A DNA stretch of 30,441 nt from Leptospirales bacterium (GTDB taxonomy: Bacteria > Spirochaetota > Leptospiria > Turneriellales > JAOUFE01): assembly GCA_040326155.1 (NCBI GenBank), contig JBEQLE010000052.1, positions 1 through 30,441 on the forward strand, read 5' to 3'. Positions 1 to 8,104 of this stretch are shown here, in pieces (position 1 is the first letter of the stretch; every line of letters begins with the position of its first letter). Below the pieces are notes generated by a model. That model made no database searches. It saw only the letters and a list, made by a program, of their open reading frames with translations, and was not told where the DNA came from. The translations under genes were made by a program, and so were the position numbers.

Positions 1-231
1 GTGAGTATTTGCGACCAATACTTGCTTCACTTTATTTTGAATCAAATCAGTAAAAGCAAAAGTATTGGTGGAAGCTTCAACGACCACATAAGTTTCATGA
101 TCCAATAGGCTATAAAATCTTTCCAGATCTTCAGCAACAAGTTCAAAACGATACCTTTGTTTATTTCCTTCCTCATCCAAGAAGCAAATATTAAACCTGT
201 TCGAATGCAGGTCAATTCCGATAAATCTCAT
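1..231 (-). CDS. IS110-family transposase/recombinase, N-terminal 77 aa (runs off window)
   Basis: Manual minus-strand translation from ATG at 231: MRFIGIDLHSNRFNICFLDEEGNKQRYRFELVAEDLERFYSLLDHETYVVVEASTNTFAFTDLIQNKVKQVLVANTH. GIDLH (D7), VVEAS (E52) and VAN motifs fit the RuvC-like DEDD domain of IS110 enzymes. Strong AAGGAGG RBS upstream. Not in the ORF track. Confidence 0.92.
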   Translation of the reverse strand, partial: MRFIGIDLHSNRFNICFLDEEGNKQRYRFELVAEDLERFYSLLDHETYVVVEASTNTFAFTDLIQNKVKQVLVANTH

Positions 232-265
232 ATGTTCCTCCTTGATTTTTTAGATACATTTCATT

Positions 266-428
266 TTCATACGTCTATACGGGTATCGCCCGCCGACCAA
301 GGTCGGCGGGTGTCCCAAGAGTTTAATACGAACAGGCCGCTAATCGTTATTACGGGCTTATAATATCCCAGAGTCTGTGCAGCCTGATACTCTATGGTCA
401 GAGTATATTTGTCCTGAAACGTATCAAG
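266..428 (-). ncRNA. Putative IS110 bridge/seek RNA
   Basis: Minus strand folds into a 5' hairpin (387-406), loop domain A (stem 379-386/333-340, inner GGG/CCC) and loop domain B (stem 327-332/266-271, inner GC hairpin 281-316). Both domains share the scaffold ACTCT(T)GGGA...CCCGTAnnnACG. Confidence 0.7.
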
Positions 429-431
429 GAC

Positions 432-437
432 ATCATA
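432..437 (-). promoter_or_regulatory. Orphan -10 box (TATGAT) at IS left end
   Basis: TATGAT on the minus strand a few nt inside the predicted end, with no good -35 at 17-nt spacing (TTCGGC). Fits IS110 promoters that are completed at the circle junction. Confidence 0.5.
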
Positions 438-526
438 AAATCGTTATGTGAAGTGCCGAATTAGTAAAAGTCGATTATTCTGTTAGCAATGAAAATACAA
501 TCATTCAGTCCATCATGCAATAAAAG

Positions 527-1114
527 TCAAATTTCTTTGGGATAAAAATAACCTTTAATACACTCAGTATTTCTAACACAGATTTGTATATGATTTTTAT
601 CTCGGAATCCAGCATTAAGGTAAATTTCCTCTCCCTCAGTAAAAACTGATCTTACTGTGTCATATTCTTTAAGGCCACTTTCTAGGCGCATAGTATGTAA
701 ATTCTGTATTACTGCACAATCAAGATTTCTTTGTAATGGGATTTGATCAAGATGCAAAGGATCGGTGTTTTGCGGAAGTTCCGTTCCAAACTTATTATGT
801 ATATTAGCTAGGAAGTTATAAGATGCTTTTAGCTCGTCAACATACGACCTTTCCAAAAGGTTTAAACAAAAACCTAGATCGATTATTGCACCAATGACAC
901 CAATTTTCTTTTTTATTGTTTTACGTTTGAAATTTTCTTCAGCAAACTCTTTGGCTCTCAATGGATCATTTTCCCAAAAATAGATCCCGTTCCCAAGCCA
1001 GTCATATGCGTTTTCGCTGGGATTTAAATTTGATTTTTTATCAATAATATGTTTAACTGTGGTAATGTCAGTGCCGTGGTATCCTAGCACTAAAGATGGC
1101 TGTACAGTATTCAA
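527..1114 (-). CDS. Hypothetical protein, putative ADP-ribosyltransferase-fold toxin
   Basis: 195 aa with LGYHGT and DWLGNGIYFWE motifs resembling the H-Y-type ART/PARP-like catalytic core. Lies 7 nt downstream of a small partner gene. Confidence 0.6.
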   Translation of the reverse strand: MNTVQPSLVLGYHGTDITTVKHIIDKKSNLNPSENAYDWLGNGIYFWENDPLRAKEFAEENFKRKTIKKKIGVIGAIIDLGFCLNLLERSYVDELKASYNFLANIHNKFGTELPQNTDPLHLDQIPLQRNLDCAVIQNLHTMRLESGLKEYDTVRSVFTEGEEIYLNAGFRDKNHIQICVRNTECIKGYFYPKEI

Positions 1115-1121
1115 GATGATA

Positions 1122-1286
1122 TTACTTAAACTGCTTCTTCAGCGCACCATTTTTTGTATACATTCCAGTTTGATATAGAATGGCATTCGCATCTTGCTGT
1201 GTCATGGCTTTTTTCTGTTTGTCTGCATATGAAGCCAGCAAATCTATTTCTTTTTGTTTTTCCTTTTTATCTGATACTAACATCAT
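1122..1286 (-). CDS. Small 54-aa protein, putative antitoxin/partner
   Basis: ATG at 1286 preceded by GAGG RBS, a better start than 1382. Sequence MMLVSDKKEKQKEIDLLASYADKQKKAMTQQDANAILYQTGMYTKNGALKKQFK. Confidence 0.6.
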   Translation of the reverse strand: MMLVSDKKEKQKEIDLLASYADKQKKAMTQQDANAILYQTGMYTKNGALKKQFK

Positions 1287-1305
1287 TTCCTCTTCTGCTT
1301 CCAGT

Positions 1306-1343
1306 ATTATACTATGAAATCTTGCAATTGACCAAATTGTCAA
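1306..1343 (-). promoter_or_regulatory. Cassette-internal promoter with palindromic operator
   Basis: Perfect TATAAT (1311-1306) and a TTGAC-N6-GTCAA palindrome (1328-1343) over the -35 region. Confidence 0.5.
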
Positions 1344-1596
1344 CCACATTTTTGAATGTTTAACAAGATAAACTGCTCTCAAAAAAAGTATGGTATTACA
1401 TATTTTTTTTGAGAGTTGATGATTTATCAGGTAAATACTTAGAGAAAGTTATCTATTCGGCATTTCGCCTAACACTTCTTGTGCCAATTACCAAAAACCA
1501 CTGCATGTTTGCATAAACAAACCGCTAGATTCCATGAATTTGTATCCTTACTCTCCCCATTGAAAATTCAATATACCCAACTAATTTTCATATGGA

Positions 1597-1620
1597 GTAG
1601 GGCGGTCGCATTCCGAACTG
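1597..1620 (+). repeat. REP-like dispersed repeat (GTAGGGCGGTCGCATTCCGAAC)
   Basis: 1603-1619 is an exact 17-nt reverse complement of 13512-13528, and the repeat starts with a GTAG tetranucleotide. Confidence 0.55.
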
Positions 1621-1741
1621 TTTTCAGATAGAATAATATACCTTTACGCTTCGAAAATACCCCTCTCGTGGTCGGCCTGATTTTTCTTTTTCTTGTCGTC
1701 TGGTCTCAAGAAGGGGAAACTCCCGCAAGGTCGTTCGTTAA

Positions 1742-2188
1742 ATGGATATTGCAAAAAATAAAAAAGCGTATTTTCAGTATGAAATACTGGAGGAAGTGGA
1801 AGCTGGTATTGTCCTTGTGGGTAGTGAGGTGAAATCTCTGCGTTTAAAAAAAATCTCTTTGACGGAGTCTTACGCGGTATTCAAGCGCAATGAACTTTAT
1901 CTGTTGAATGCCAGAATTGAACCGTATACAAACAGTACCACATTTAACCATGACCCGGTGGCTTCTCGAAAGTTATTACTAAAGAAGAAAGAGCTTATGA
2001 GGCTCAAAGGAAAGCTGGCCGAAAAAGGGTGGGTTCTGGTGCCTTTGAAAATGTACTTTAAATATAATCGGTATGCAAAGGTCTTGCTGGGGCTCGGCAA
2101 GGGTAAGAAAATGTATGACAAAAGGGCTGTTATAAAAGAACGTGATCTAAAACGCGAAGCTTTAAGAGAATTAAAAGATTATAAGTAA
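1742..2188 (+). CDS. smpB: SsrA-binding protein SmpB
   Basis: NKKA..Y, EAGIVLVGSEVKSLR, RKLLL and GKGKKMYDKR motifs. Confidence 0.98.
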   Translation: MDIAKNKKAYFQYEILEEVEAGIVLVGSEVKSLRLKKISLTESYAVFKRNELYLLNARIEPYTNSTTFNHDPVASRKLLLKKKELMRLKGKLAEKGWVLVPLKMYFKYNRYAKVLLGLGKGKKMYDKRAVIKERDLKREALRELKDYK

Positions 2189-2256
2189 TTGCTGCGATTA
2201 TAGGACTCTGCGAGCGGAGCGGGGACTTTGTTTACCGGTTCGGTGCAATTTTTACT

Positions 2257-2274
2257 GGTGGGGAATTTCCGACC
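2257..2274 (+). repeat. Dispersed repeat GGTGGGGAATTTCCGACC
   Basis: 17/18 match to the reverse complement of 27766-27783 and similar to 27817-27834. Confidence 0.55.
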
Positions 2275-2432
2275 TAAAAAAGTCTAACAAAACTTCTCAA
2301 CTCCATTTCTCACATCTAATTTTTGGTCTAATTTCTAGAATAGCAGCGAAACCTGGTATTAAAGGTGGGTAATTTCTCATCAGCATTCACCAAATTGACT
2401 TTAATATTTCAGGTTATGGCCGACAATGAATT

Positions 2433-3230
2433 ATGGTACGCTCACTCTGGACATCCGCATCGGGAATGGTTTCCCAACAGTTTCAAATTGATACGATAGC
2501 GAACAACCTTGCTAACGTTAATACGACCGGTTTTAAGAAAAGTCGAGTCGATTTCGAAGATCTTGTATATCAACATCAGGTCTTGGCGGGAACACCTTCC
2601 ACGGCTGTTTCTGAAATTCCTACCGGGGTGAACGTAGGTCATGGTGTGCGTCCAGCGGCGACGCAGAAAATTTTCAGTACAGGGTCGCTTCAGGGTACTA
2701 CGAATAAATTTGACCTGGCAATTACCAACGCAGTTGGCTTTTTTAAAGTGAGAATGCCGGATGGTTCGTTTGGTTATACCCGAGATGGTTCTTTTAAACT
2801 CGATGGTAACCGGCAAGTCGTTACCAGTAACGGTTACCTGTTTGAGCCACAGATTATTTTACCAGATGGGGCTATAAAAGAAAGTTTCAATGTGACTGAA
2901 AATGGTGAAGTTTTTGTAAATATTGGGGCAGACCAGAATGCTACTTTAATTGGACAAATAGAAACGTATCGGTTTGTGAATCCCGCTGGTTTAAAACCCA
3001 TTGGAAAAAATCTGTTTCATGAGTCCGCTGCTTCGGGACCGGAAATGGCAGGTACTCCAGGGTTAGATGGTTATGGTTCGCTTATGCAGAGTTTTCTTGA
3101 AATGAGCAATGTGAACCTGGCCGAAGAGATGGTAAACATGATTGTCGCTCAAAGAGCTTATGAGTCGAATTCAAAAGCGATACAGACTTCCGATTCGATG
3201 CTGGCGACTGCTATACAACTTAAAAGGTAA
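2433..3230 (+). CDS. flgG: Flagellar basal-body distal rod protein FlgG
   Basis: ANNLANVNTTGFK, YTRDGSF and LEMSNVNLAEEMVNMIVAQRAYE motifs; 265 aa. Confidence 0.97.
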   Translation: MVRSLWTSASGMVSQQFQIDTIANNLANVNTTGFKKSRVDFEDLVYQHQVLAGTPSTAVSEIPTGVNVGHGVRPAATQKIFSTGSLQGTTNKFDLAITNAVGFFKVRMPDGSFGYTRDGSFKLDGNRQVVTSNGYLFEPQIILPDGAIKESFNVTENGEVFVNIGADQNATLIGQIETYRFVNPAGLKPIGKNLFHESAASGPEMAGTPGLDGYGSLMQSFLEMSNVNLAEEMVNMIVAQRAYESNSKAIQTSDSMLATAIQLKR

Positions 3231-3249
3231 TAAAAGCTAAATAATTAAA

Positions 3250-4206
3250 ATGGCAAAGTTTGTTAAAATACTTCTTTTTACTGTTTTCTTTGCGAGTACT
3301 TTTGCCTTAGTTTACGGTGATTCAAATAACGGGGTTGCCGTATTAAAAAAGAGGGCTTACATTCGGACGGACCATATTTGCCTGCAAGATCTGGTGACGA
3401 TTAAAGCCTCTTCAAAACATGATACACAAAGAGAGAACCCTTGCCTTATAGATACGCCTGTTAGTCCCATTTATCTTAGTTTAGATGATGTTCGCAACTA
3501 CTTTGAAGAGGAAGTTTCGGGATTCAAATGGGTAGGTAAAGGGGTACAGATTATTCCCGTAATGAAAATTGTAACTGACAGGGAAATTGAAGACGCCATT
3601 TTTGCCCGCCTTGCTACGAACCCAAGATTTATTGTTTCGGATTATCAGCTGTCGTTACAAGATGAATTGCGCTTACCTGTAAATACGTTTGCCGAATATT
3701 CATTGACTGGAAATTATCTTGAACCGGGTGGTAAATATATTATTGTAAAAACACGTTCAGTGGAACTCGGACGCATGAAAACCGTTCGTATTCGAGCTCT
3801 ACTTCGAAAGAAAATATCGGTCTATATAATAAATACAGAGAGTCTGGAAGTCGGGACGCGTATTAAAGCGGAACATGTAAAAGTTCTTGATTCTTACATC
3901 GATGATGAGTCCAAAATTCCATGTAAACAAAACCCCGTGGGGGGAAAATTGGTTCGAAATCTGAGCCGCGGTGATATGGTTCGCGATAAAGATATTAGAC
4001 TCGAAGCCGATGTGAAAAAAGGCGATCTCATTATATTACAATACGAATTAAAAAATATTCGAATTGATATAGAGACCATAGCGAAAGAGCCGGGTTATAT
4101 CGGTCGTAGTTTAAAATTGAAAACCGTTCAAGGTAATAAAGAAATTACAGCCGTCCTGATTTCAAACGACCGCGCTGTTATTAAGAAAATTGAAACACAT
4201 AAATAG
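3250..4206 (+). CDS. flgA: Flagellar P-ring formation chaperone FlgA
   Basis: Signal peptide, C-terminal SAF-like domain (VKKGDLI...AKEPGYIG), and position between flgG and flgH. Confidence 0.8.
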   Translation: MAKFVKILLFTVFFASTFALVYGDSNNGVAVLKKRAYIRTDHICLQDLVTIKASSKHDTQRENPCLIDTPVSPIYLSLDDVRNYFEEEVSGFKWVGKGVQIIPVMKIVTDREIEDAIFARLATNPRFIVSDYQLSLQDELRLPVNTFAEYSLTGNYLEPGGKYIIVKTRSVELGRMKTVRIRALLRKKISVYIINTESLEVGTRIKAEHVKVLDSYIDDESKIPCKQNPVGGKLVRNLSRGDMVRDKDIRLEADVKKGDLIILQYELKNIRIDIETIAKEPGYIGRSLKLKTVQGNKEITAVLISNDRAVIKKIETHK

Positions 4207-4215
4207 AATATAAAG

Positions 4216-4851
4216 ATGAAAAAGAAAATACTTATATTTGCACTTATTATTTCAGGCGAAGCGATTTTCGCCCAGGTTTCTTTGTACAATGGAGCCGACC
4301 CTTACCGTAAGCTGTATCAAAATGGAGATTTAGTTAAGGTTTCTATTTCGGAACTTCTTACCATTGAAGTGAAGAATGATTGGTCTGACACAACCGATAT
4401 GAAATTAAAACTTGTACCGGATCAAAAATATTTTGACTTTTTACAAGGCGCGGAGCAATCGCGCACAAGCGATAAAAAACAAAAAATTCGTAATACCATT
4501 AAAGAGAAATTTGAACTTAATATATTGGCCAGGGTACAAAGGCTCAACAACGATCTTCTGTCTGTGAGTGCGCAAAAAGATGTGACTCTGGATGGTCGCG
4601 TATCTATTATTCGAATTACGGGTATTACTCATCCCCGGTTTATTAAAGACTCGGTGGTTATGTCTGAGAATATTGCCCAGTTGGCAATTTTAATTACGGT
4701 AAGGCCTCCGGTTATTCGTTCCAATACCGTGACCACACTGGAAGCGGGTGAAACGGAAAACGAACCACCTTCGTTATCAAAAGCTCAGAAAGATCAAATA
4801 TTGTTGAATCATATACGAGAAATACTGGGCGCACTGGAACAACAAAATTAA
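4216..4851 (+). CDS. flgH: Flagellar L-ring protein FlgH-like
   Basis: GDLVKVSISE, ITGIT.P..I and V.SENIAQL motifs typical of FlgH; position before flgI. Confidence 0.75.
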   Translation: MKKKILIFALIISGEAIFAQVSLYNGADPYRKLYQNGDLVKVSISELLTIEVKNDWSDTTDMKLKLVPDQKYFDFLQGAEQSRTSDKKQKIRNTIKEKFELNILARVQRLNNDLLSVSAQKDVTLDGRVSIIRITGITHPRFIKDSVVMSENIAQLAILITVRPPVIRSNTVTTLEAGETENEPPSLSKAQKDQILLNHIREILGALEQQN

Positions 4852-4880
4852 AATATATACGAAATATATAAGAAATAGAT

Positions 4881-5945
4881 ATGAAAAATTATTCGATCTC
4901 ATTAAAAAATAACACATCTCGATTCGCTAGATTCACTACTATAGCGTTTTGTTTGTTCGTGTTTTCGTTTACGACATTTGGTATTGAGCTGAGTATTGGT
5001 GATGTGGTGAAAATTGCAACGCAACGGGAAAATCAGCTGTCGGGTTATGGGCTTGTTGTTGGTTTACCACAAACAGGGGACTCGCGCTCACCGCTTGCGA
5101 AAGAGGCGTTGGCTCGGCTACTTGAGTACCATGGAATTTATTCCAATGATGAAAAGTTTCAAGGGAAAAATATCGCTGTGGTGATGGTCACGGCAACTCT
5201 TACACCGAATGTACGCTCCGGCGATTATCTGGATGTCTGGGTTTCATCTATTGGTGATGCTAAATCACTGGAAGGTGGTTTTTTATTGCAAACTCCTTTA
5301 AAAGCGGGGGACAACCAGGTTTACGCGGTAGCACAAGCTTATCTACAAAAAAATAACGAAGAACGCGCTTCGCAAAGACGTAATAAAAAAAACACAGTTC
5401 GTATTATTAAAGGGGCACTTGTAGAAAAAACCTTAGCGCAACCCATTACCGACGGACAAAACAGAATACTATTAACCATGCGGCAATACGACATTCAAAA
5501 CGCAGGTGCCATTATAAATGTTATAAATGAGAAATTCCCCAATGCAGCGTCGTTGGACGATAGCGGGATAATTGCTGTTCAAGTCCCCACAGATAAAGCT
5601 GCGACTATTTTTCTGGCCGGTATTTTGGACATAAGAGTCAATATGAAAGCTTTAAATCGCGTGGTAATAGATCGAGAATCTGGAACCATCGTTATGGGAC
5701 AAAACGTAAAAATTTCAACCGTGGGCGTTACCAAAAATGGTATTTCCATAAAAATAACCAATAACAGTGAAAATTCATCGGACGACCGAGAAGAACGTTC
5801 GAGTGTGGTGCTCGAAGAAGCGGCAACCGTAGAAGATCTGGTCACCGCACTGAATTCTCTGGGGTTAAACACGAGAGATATAATAGATATTTTAGAAGCA
5901 ATACACGCGGCGGGCGCTTTGCATGCCGAGTTGGTTGTATTATAA
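4881..5945 (+). CDS. flgI: Flagellar P-ring protein FlgI
   Basis: RENQLSGYGLVVGLPQTGD, VSSIGDAKSLEGGFLLQTPL and AGALHAEL motifs. Confidence 0.97.
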   Translation: MKNYSISLKNNTSRFARFTTIAFCLFVFSFTTFGIELSIGDVVKIATQRENQLSGYGLVVGLPQTGDSRSPLAKEALARLLEYHGIYSNDEKFQGKNIAVVMVTATLTPNVRSGDYLDVWVSSIGDAKSLEGGFLLQTPLKAGDNQVYAVAQAYLQKNNEERASQRRNKKNTVRIIKGALVEKTLAQPITDGQNRILLTMRQYDIQNAGAIINVINEKFPNAASLDDSGIIAVQVPTDKAATIFLAGILDIRVNMKALNRVVIDRESGTIVMGQNVKISTVGVTKNGISIKITNNSENSSDDREERSSVVLEEAATVEDLVTALNSLGLNTRDIIDILEAIHAAGALHAELVVL

Positions 5946-5969
5946 TATTGCAATAGATAAGGAGCAAAT

Positions 5970-6449
5970 ATGGCTACAGGAATTGACCCATTACTTTACC
6001 GAGGCGACCAGTCGCAAATTTACAATAGAGCAGATAAACTACCGAATAAAAAAGATATTGAAAATCTTGGTAAAGAGTCTGTAGGGCAAAATGATTTCAA
6101 GAATTTGTTACAAGAAAAAATACTGGAAAAGAATGCTCCCGCCAATAATATAAATGTATCGTCATCTAACCTTCGACGAGGGTTAACGCGTGCTGATGTA
6201 CAAAGCCTTATTAAGAAAAATTCCAGCGCTAAAAAGCTGTACGAGGCTACGCTTGAGTTTGAATCTTACTTTGTAGAACAGATGTTTCGTGAAATGAAGA
6301 AAAATATCCCCAAAAACAAGTTGATTGATGGCGGCAGGGCCGAAGAAATATTCGGCGACATGCTTCTTTCTGAAAGGGTAAGAAATATGTCTCGCCAGAC
6401 TGAATTTGGCCTGGCTGAATCGATGTTTCAACAACTCCAGGGTCTGTAA
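5970..6449 (+). CDS. flgJ: Rod-binding protein (FlgJ-like, no muramidase domain)
   Basis: EFESYFVEQMFREMKK, GGRAEEIFGDML and FGLAESMFQQL motifs; AAGGAG RBS. Confidence 0.85.
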   Translation: MATGIDPLLYRGDQSQIYNRADKLPNKKDIENLGKESVGQNDFKNLLQEKILEKNAPANNINVSSSNLRRGLTRADVQSLIKKNSSAKKLYEATLEFESYFVEQMFREMKKNIPKNKLIDGGRAEEIFGDMLLSERVRNMSRQTEFGLAESMFQQLQGL

Positions 6450-6531
6450 TAGGGCCCTTCGTATTTTGCTTAGAAAGAGTCTCTTGCCTATAAAATAGTT
6501 GACAACAGGTACAAGGTATACATTTTATCAC

Positions 6532-6726
6532 ATGCCTAAGATTAAAACAAATAGATCAGCGATGAAGCGATTTAAATTGAAGCCCAGTGGAAAGATTAAA
6601 CGGGCGCAAGCTAACAAAAATCACATTTTAACCAAAAAAGCGTCAGGAAGAAAGTTAAAACTTCGCGGCGGAACATACGTAGATGACACTAACGCTGCTA
6701 ACGTGAAGCGCGCTCTTGGTCATTAA
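6532..6726 (+). CDS. rpmI: 50S ribosomal protein L35
   Basis: [15 protein letters not shown]...HILTKK. True start is ATG 6532, not 6499. Confidence 0.97.
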   Translation: MPKIKTNRSAMKRFKLKPSGKIKRAQANKNHILTKKASGRKLKLRGGTYVDDTNAANVKRALGH

Positions 6727-6743
6727 CATTGGAGTAATAAAAT

Positions 6744-7094
6744 ATGCGCTCAGTAAATGGAACTATACATAAAAATCGTAGAAAGAAAGTATTAAATCGA
6801 GCTAAAGGTTTTTTAGGCGGACGTAGTAAGTTATATCGTACTGCAAAAGACGCCATTATGAAATCGGGCCAATGGGCCTACCGCGACCGTAAGGTTAAAA
6901 AACGAGATTTCAGATCTCTGTGGATTATGCGAATTAACGCAGCTTGTCGAGCTGAAGGTCTTACCTATTCAAGATTTATAGCCGGATTGACGAAAACTAA
7001 AATCGAATTGAACCGAAAAAGTCTTTCGGAAATTGCTATTCATAACCCAGACGGTTTTAAAAAACTTTTAGAAATGGTGAAAGCCGCAATTTAA
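6744..7094 (+). CDS. rplT: 50S ribosomal protein L20
   Basis: AKGFLGGRS, AYRDRKVKKRDFRSLWIMRINAA and LNRKSLSEIA motifs. Confidence 0.98.
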   Translation: MRSVNGTIHKNRRKKVLNRAKGFLGGRSKLYRTAKDAIMKSGQWAYRDRKVKKRDFRSLWIMRINAACRAEGLTYSRFIAGLTKTKIELNRKSLSEIAIHNPDGFKKLLEMVKAAI

Positions 7095-7111
7095 CCCTTT
7101 TTTCACAACAA

Positions 7112-7149
7112 CAAAAAAAAACGCCGTTTTAAAACGGCGTTTTTTTTTG
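7112..7149. terminator. Bidirectional intrinsic terminator
   Basis: Perfect 38-bp palindrome C-A9-CGCCG-TTTTAAAA-CGGCG-T9-G between convergent genes. Confidence 0.85.
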
Positions 7150-7168
7150 CTGTAATATTAGATCCGGC

Positions 7169-8014
7169 TTATTTATCGATAATATCGATTGGAATAATTT
7201 CGGTTTTTGAATTAACACCTCTGTATTGCAACTCGATCTGGTACTGACCTGCTTCTACTTTAGAAAAATAGGCATAATCTTTTTTCATTGGATAGGTCGA
7301 AATAATTTTTCCATTTTCCTTTAAATTCATTGAGTTTGGTTTTTCAGGAAAATTCTGTAGTTTTACAGTCAACATTACCCGGTTGGTATGGTCTTTCATA
7401 ATATTATAGACAATTTTTTTCTGGTCTTCTAAGTTGACATAAAAGCACAACATATCGTTCGAAACTTGTTCGCCTGCAACATTCGAACGAATAGGTACAA
7501 GTTCGGCTTCACCGGTTAAAGTGAAAACATTGTCGAGATGGTTGCCAATAACCTGAACACCTTCTTTAATGCGAACTGCAATTCGATCTAGAAGATACTC
7601 TTTCGGTTTTTCTTTAGCGGCTTTATTTGCCACAGCAAAGTCGTTAAAATGAGCGGGAACAGGAACATGCTGATCAGAATTATAGGTTCCAACCATATAA
7701 ATTAAATCTTGAAAAAGCTTGAAGTAAGCGGGGTTTTCCAAATCAGCGTTGCTTTCCATGATTTTTTGTTTCGTATTCTCGTCGCCTTTAATATACTCAT
7801 CAGCAATTAAAGATACTTTTTCGAGCATCTCATCTTGCATTGTTTGATCGGGCAGATCGGTTTTCATTAGACTTAAACCGCCCTCCGTTTGCATTAATAC
7901 GGACTGGCAATCTGCACATTCTACTGCATGTTGCCTTGCAAACAGGTTCGTCTCCTGATCTAACATTTTTTCCAGTATTGGAAATTCGCATTCATTTTTA
8001 TCTGTAATAGACAT
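7169..8014 (-). CDS. Putative soluble zinc-binding (ZAS) anti-sigma factor
   Basis: N-terminal C...HAVECADC (HxxxCxxC) motif, no obvious TM helix, directly downstream of a sigma factor. Confidence 0.6.
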   Translation of the reverse strand: MSITDKNECEFPILEKMLDQETNLFARQHAVECADCQSVLMQTEGGLSLMKTDLPDQTMQDEMLEKVSLIADEYIKGDENTKQKIMESNADLENPAYFKLFQDLIYMVGTYNSDQHVPVPAHFNDFAVANKAAKEKPKEYLLDRIAVRIKEGVQVIGNHLDNVFTLTGEAELVPIRSNVAGEQVSNDMLCFYVNLEDQKKIVYNIMKDHTNRVMLTVKLQNFPEKPNSMNLKENGKIISTYPMKKDYAYFSKVEAGQYQIELQYRGVNSKTEIIPIDIIDK

Positions 8015-8104
8015 AAATTACCCCATATGGTTGTTTTTTGTTATACAATTTTAGACGGTACATATGCAATAATTCTAACATATTAATAATTAAATAATAA
8101 ATTT

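Larger units (their letters stand above)
1..442 (-). mobile_element. IS110-family insertion sequence, left (5' non-coding) end plus start of recombinase
   Basis: Recombinase start at 231 is preceded by a ~210-nt structured non-coding region ending at an attC R''-like box (443-449). Boundary is approximate (+/- 4 nt). Confidence 0.75.
443..1473 (-). mobile_element. Integron-type gene cassette (attC interrupted by IS110)
   Basis: Minus strand begins GTTAGGC (core GTTRRRY, 1473-1467) and ends ACATAAC (R''-like, 449-443). The flanks 443-461 and 1455-1473 are 16/19 inverted complements, as expected for cassette ends. Two co-oriented ORFs lie between them. Confidence 0.72.

Noticed and set aside
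157..363. 68-aa plus-strand ORF
   Set aside because: It is antisense to the IS110 recombinase start and its structured leader, and has no recognisable motif.
2400..2426. Sigma-28-like promoter (GCCGACAA) before flgG
   Set aside because: The -10 is plausible but the -35 match and spacing are poor, and a competing TTGACT lies at 2395. Not supportable as a call.
2189..2432. Possible tmRNA (ssrA) next to smpB
   Set aside because: No tRNA-like ends, T-arm or tag reading frame were recognisable, and the space is too short.
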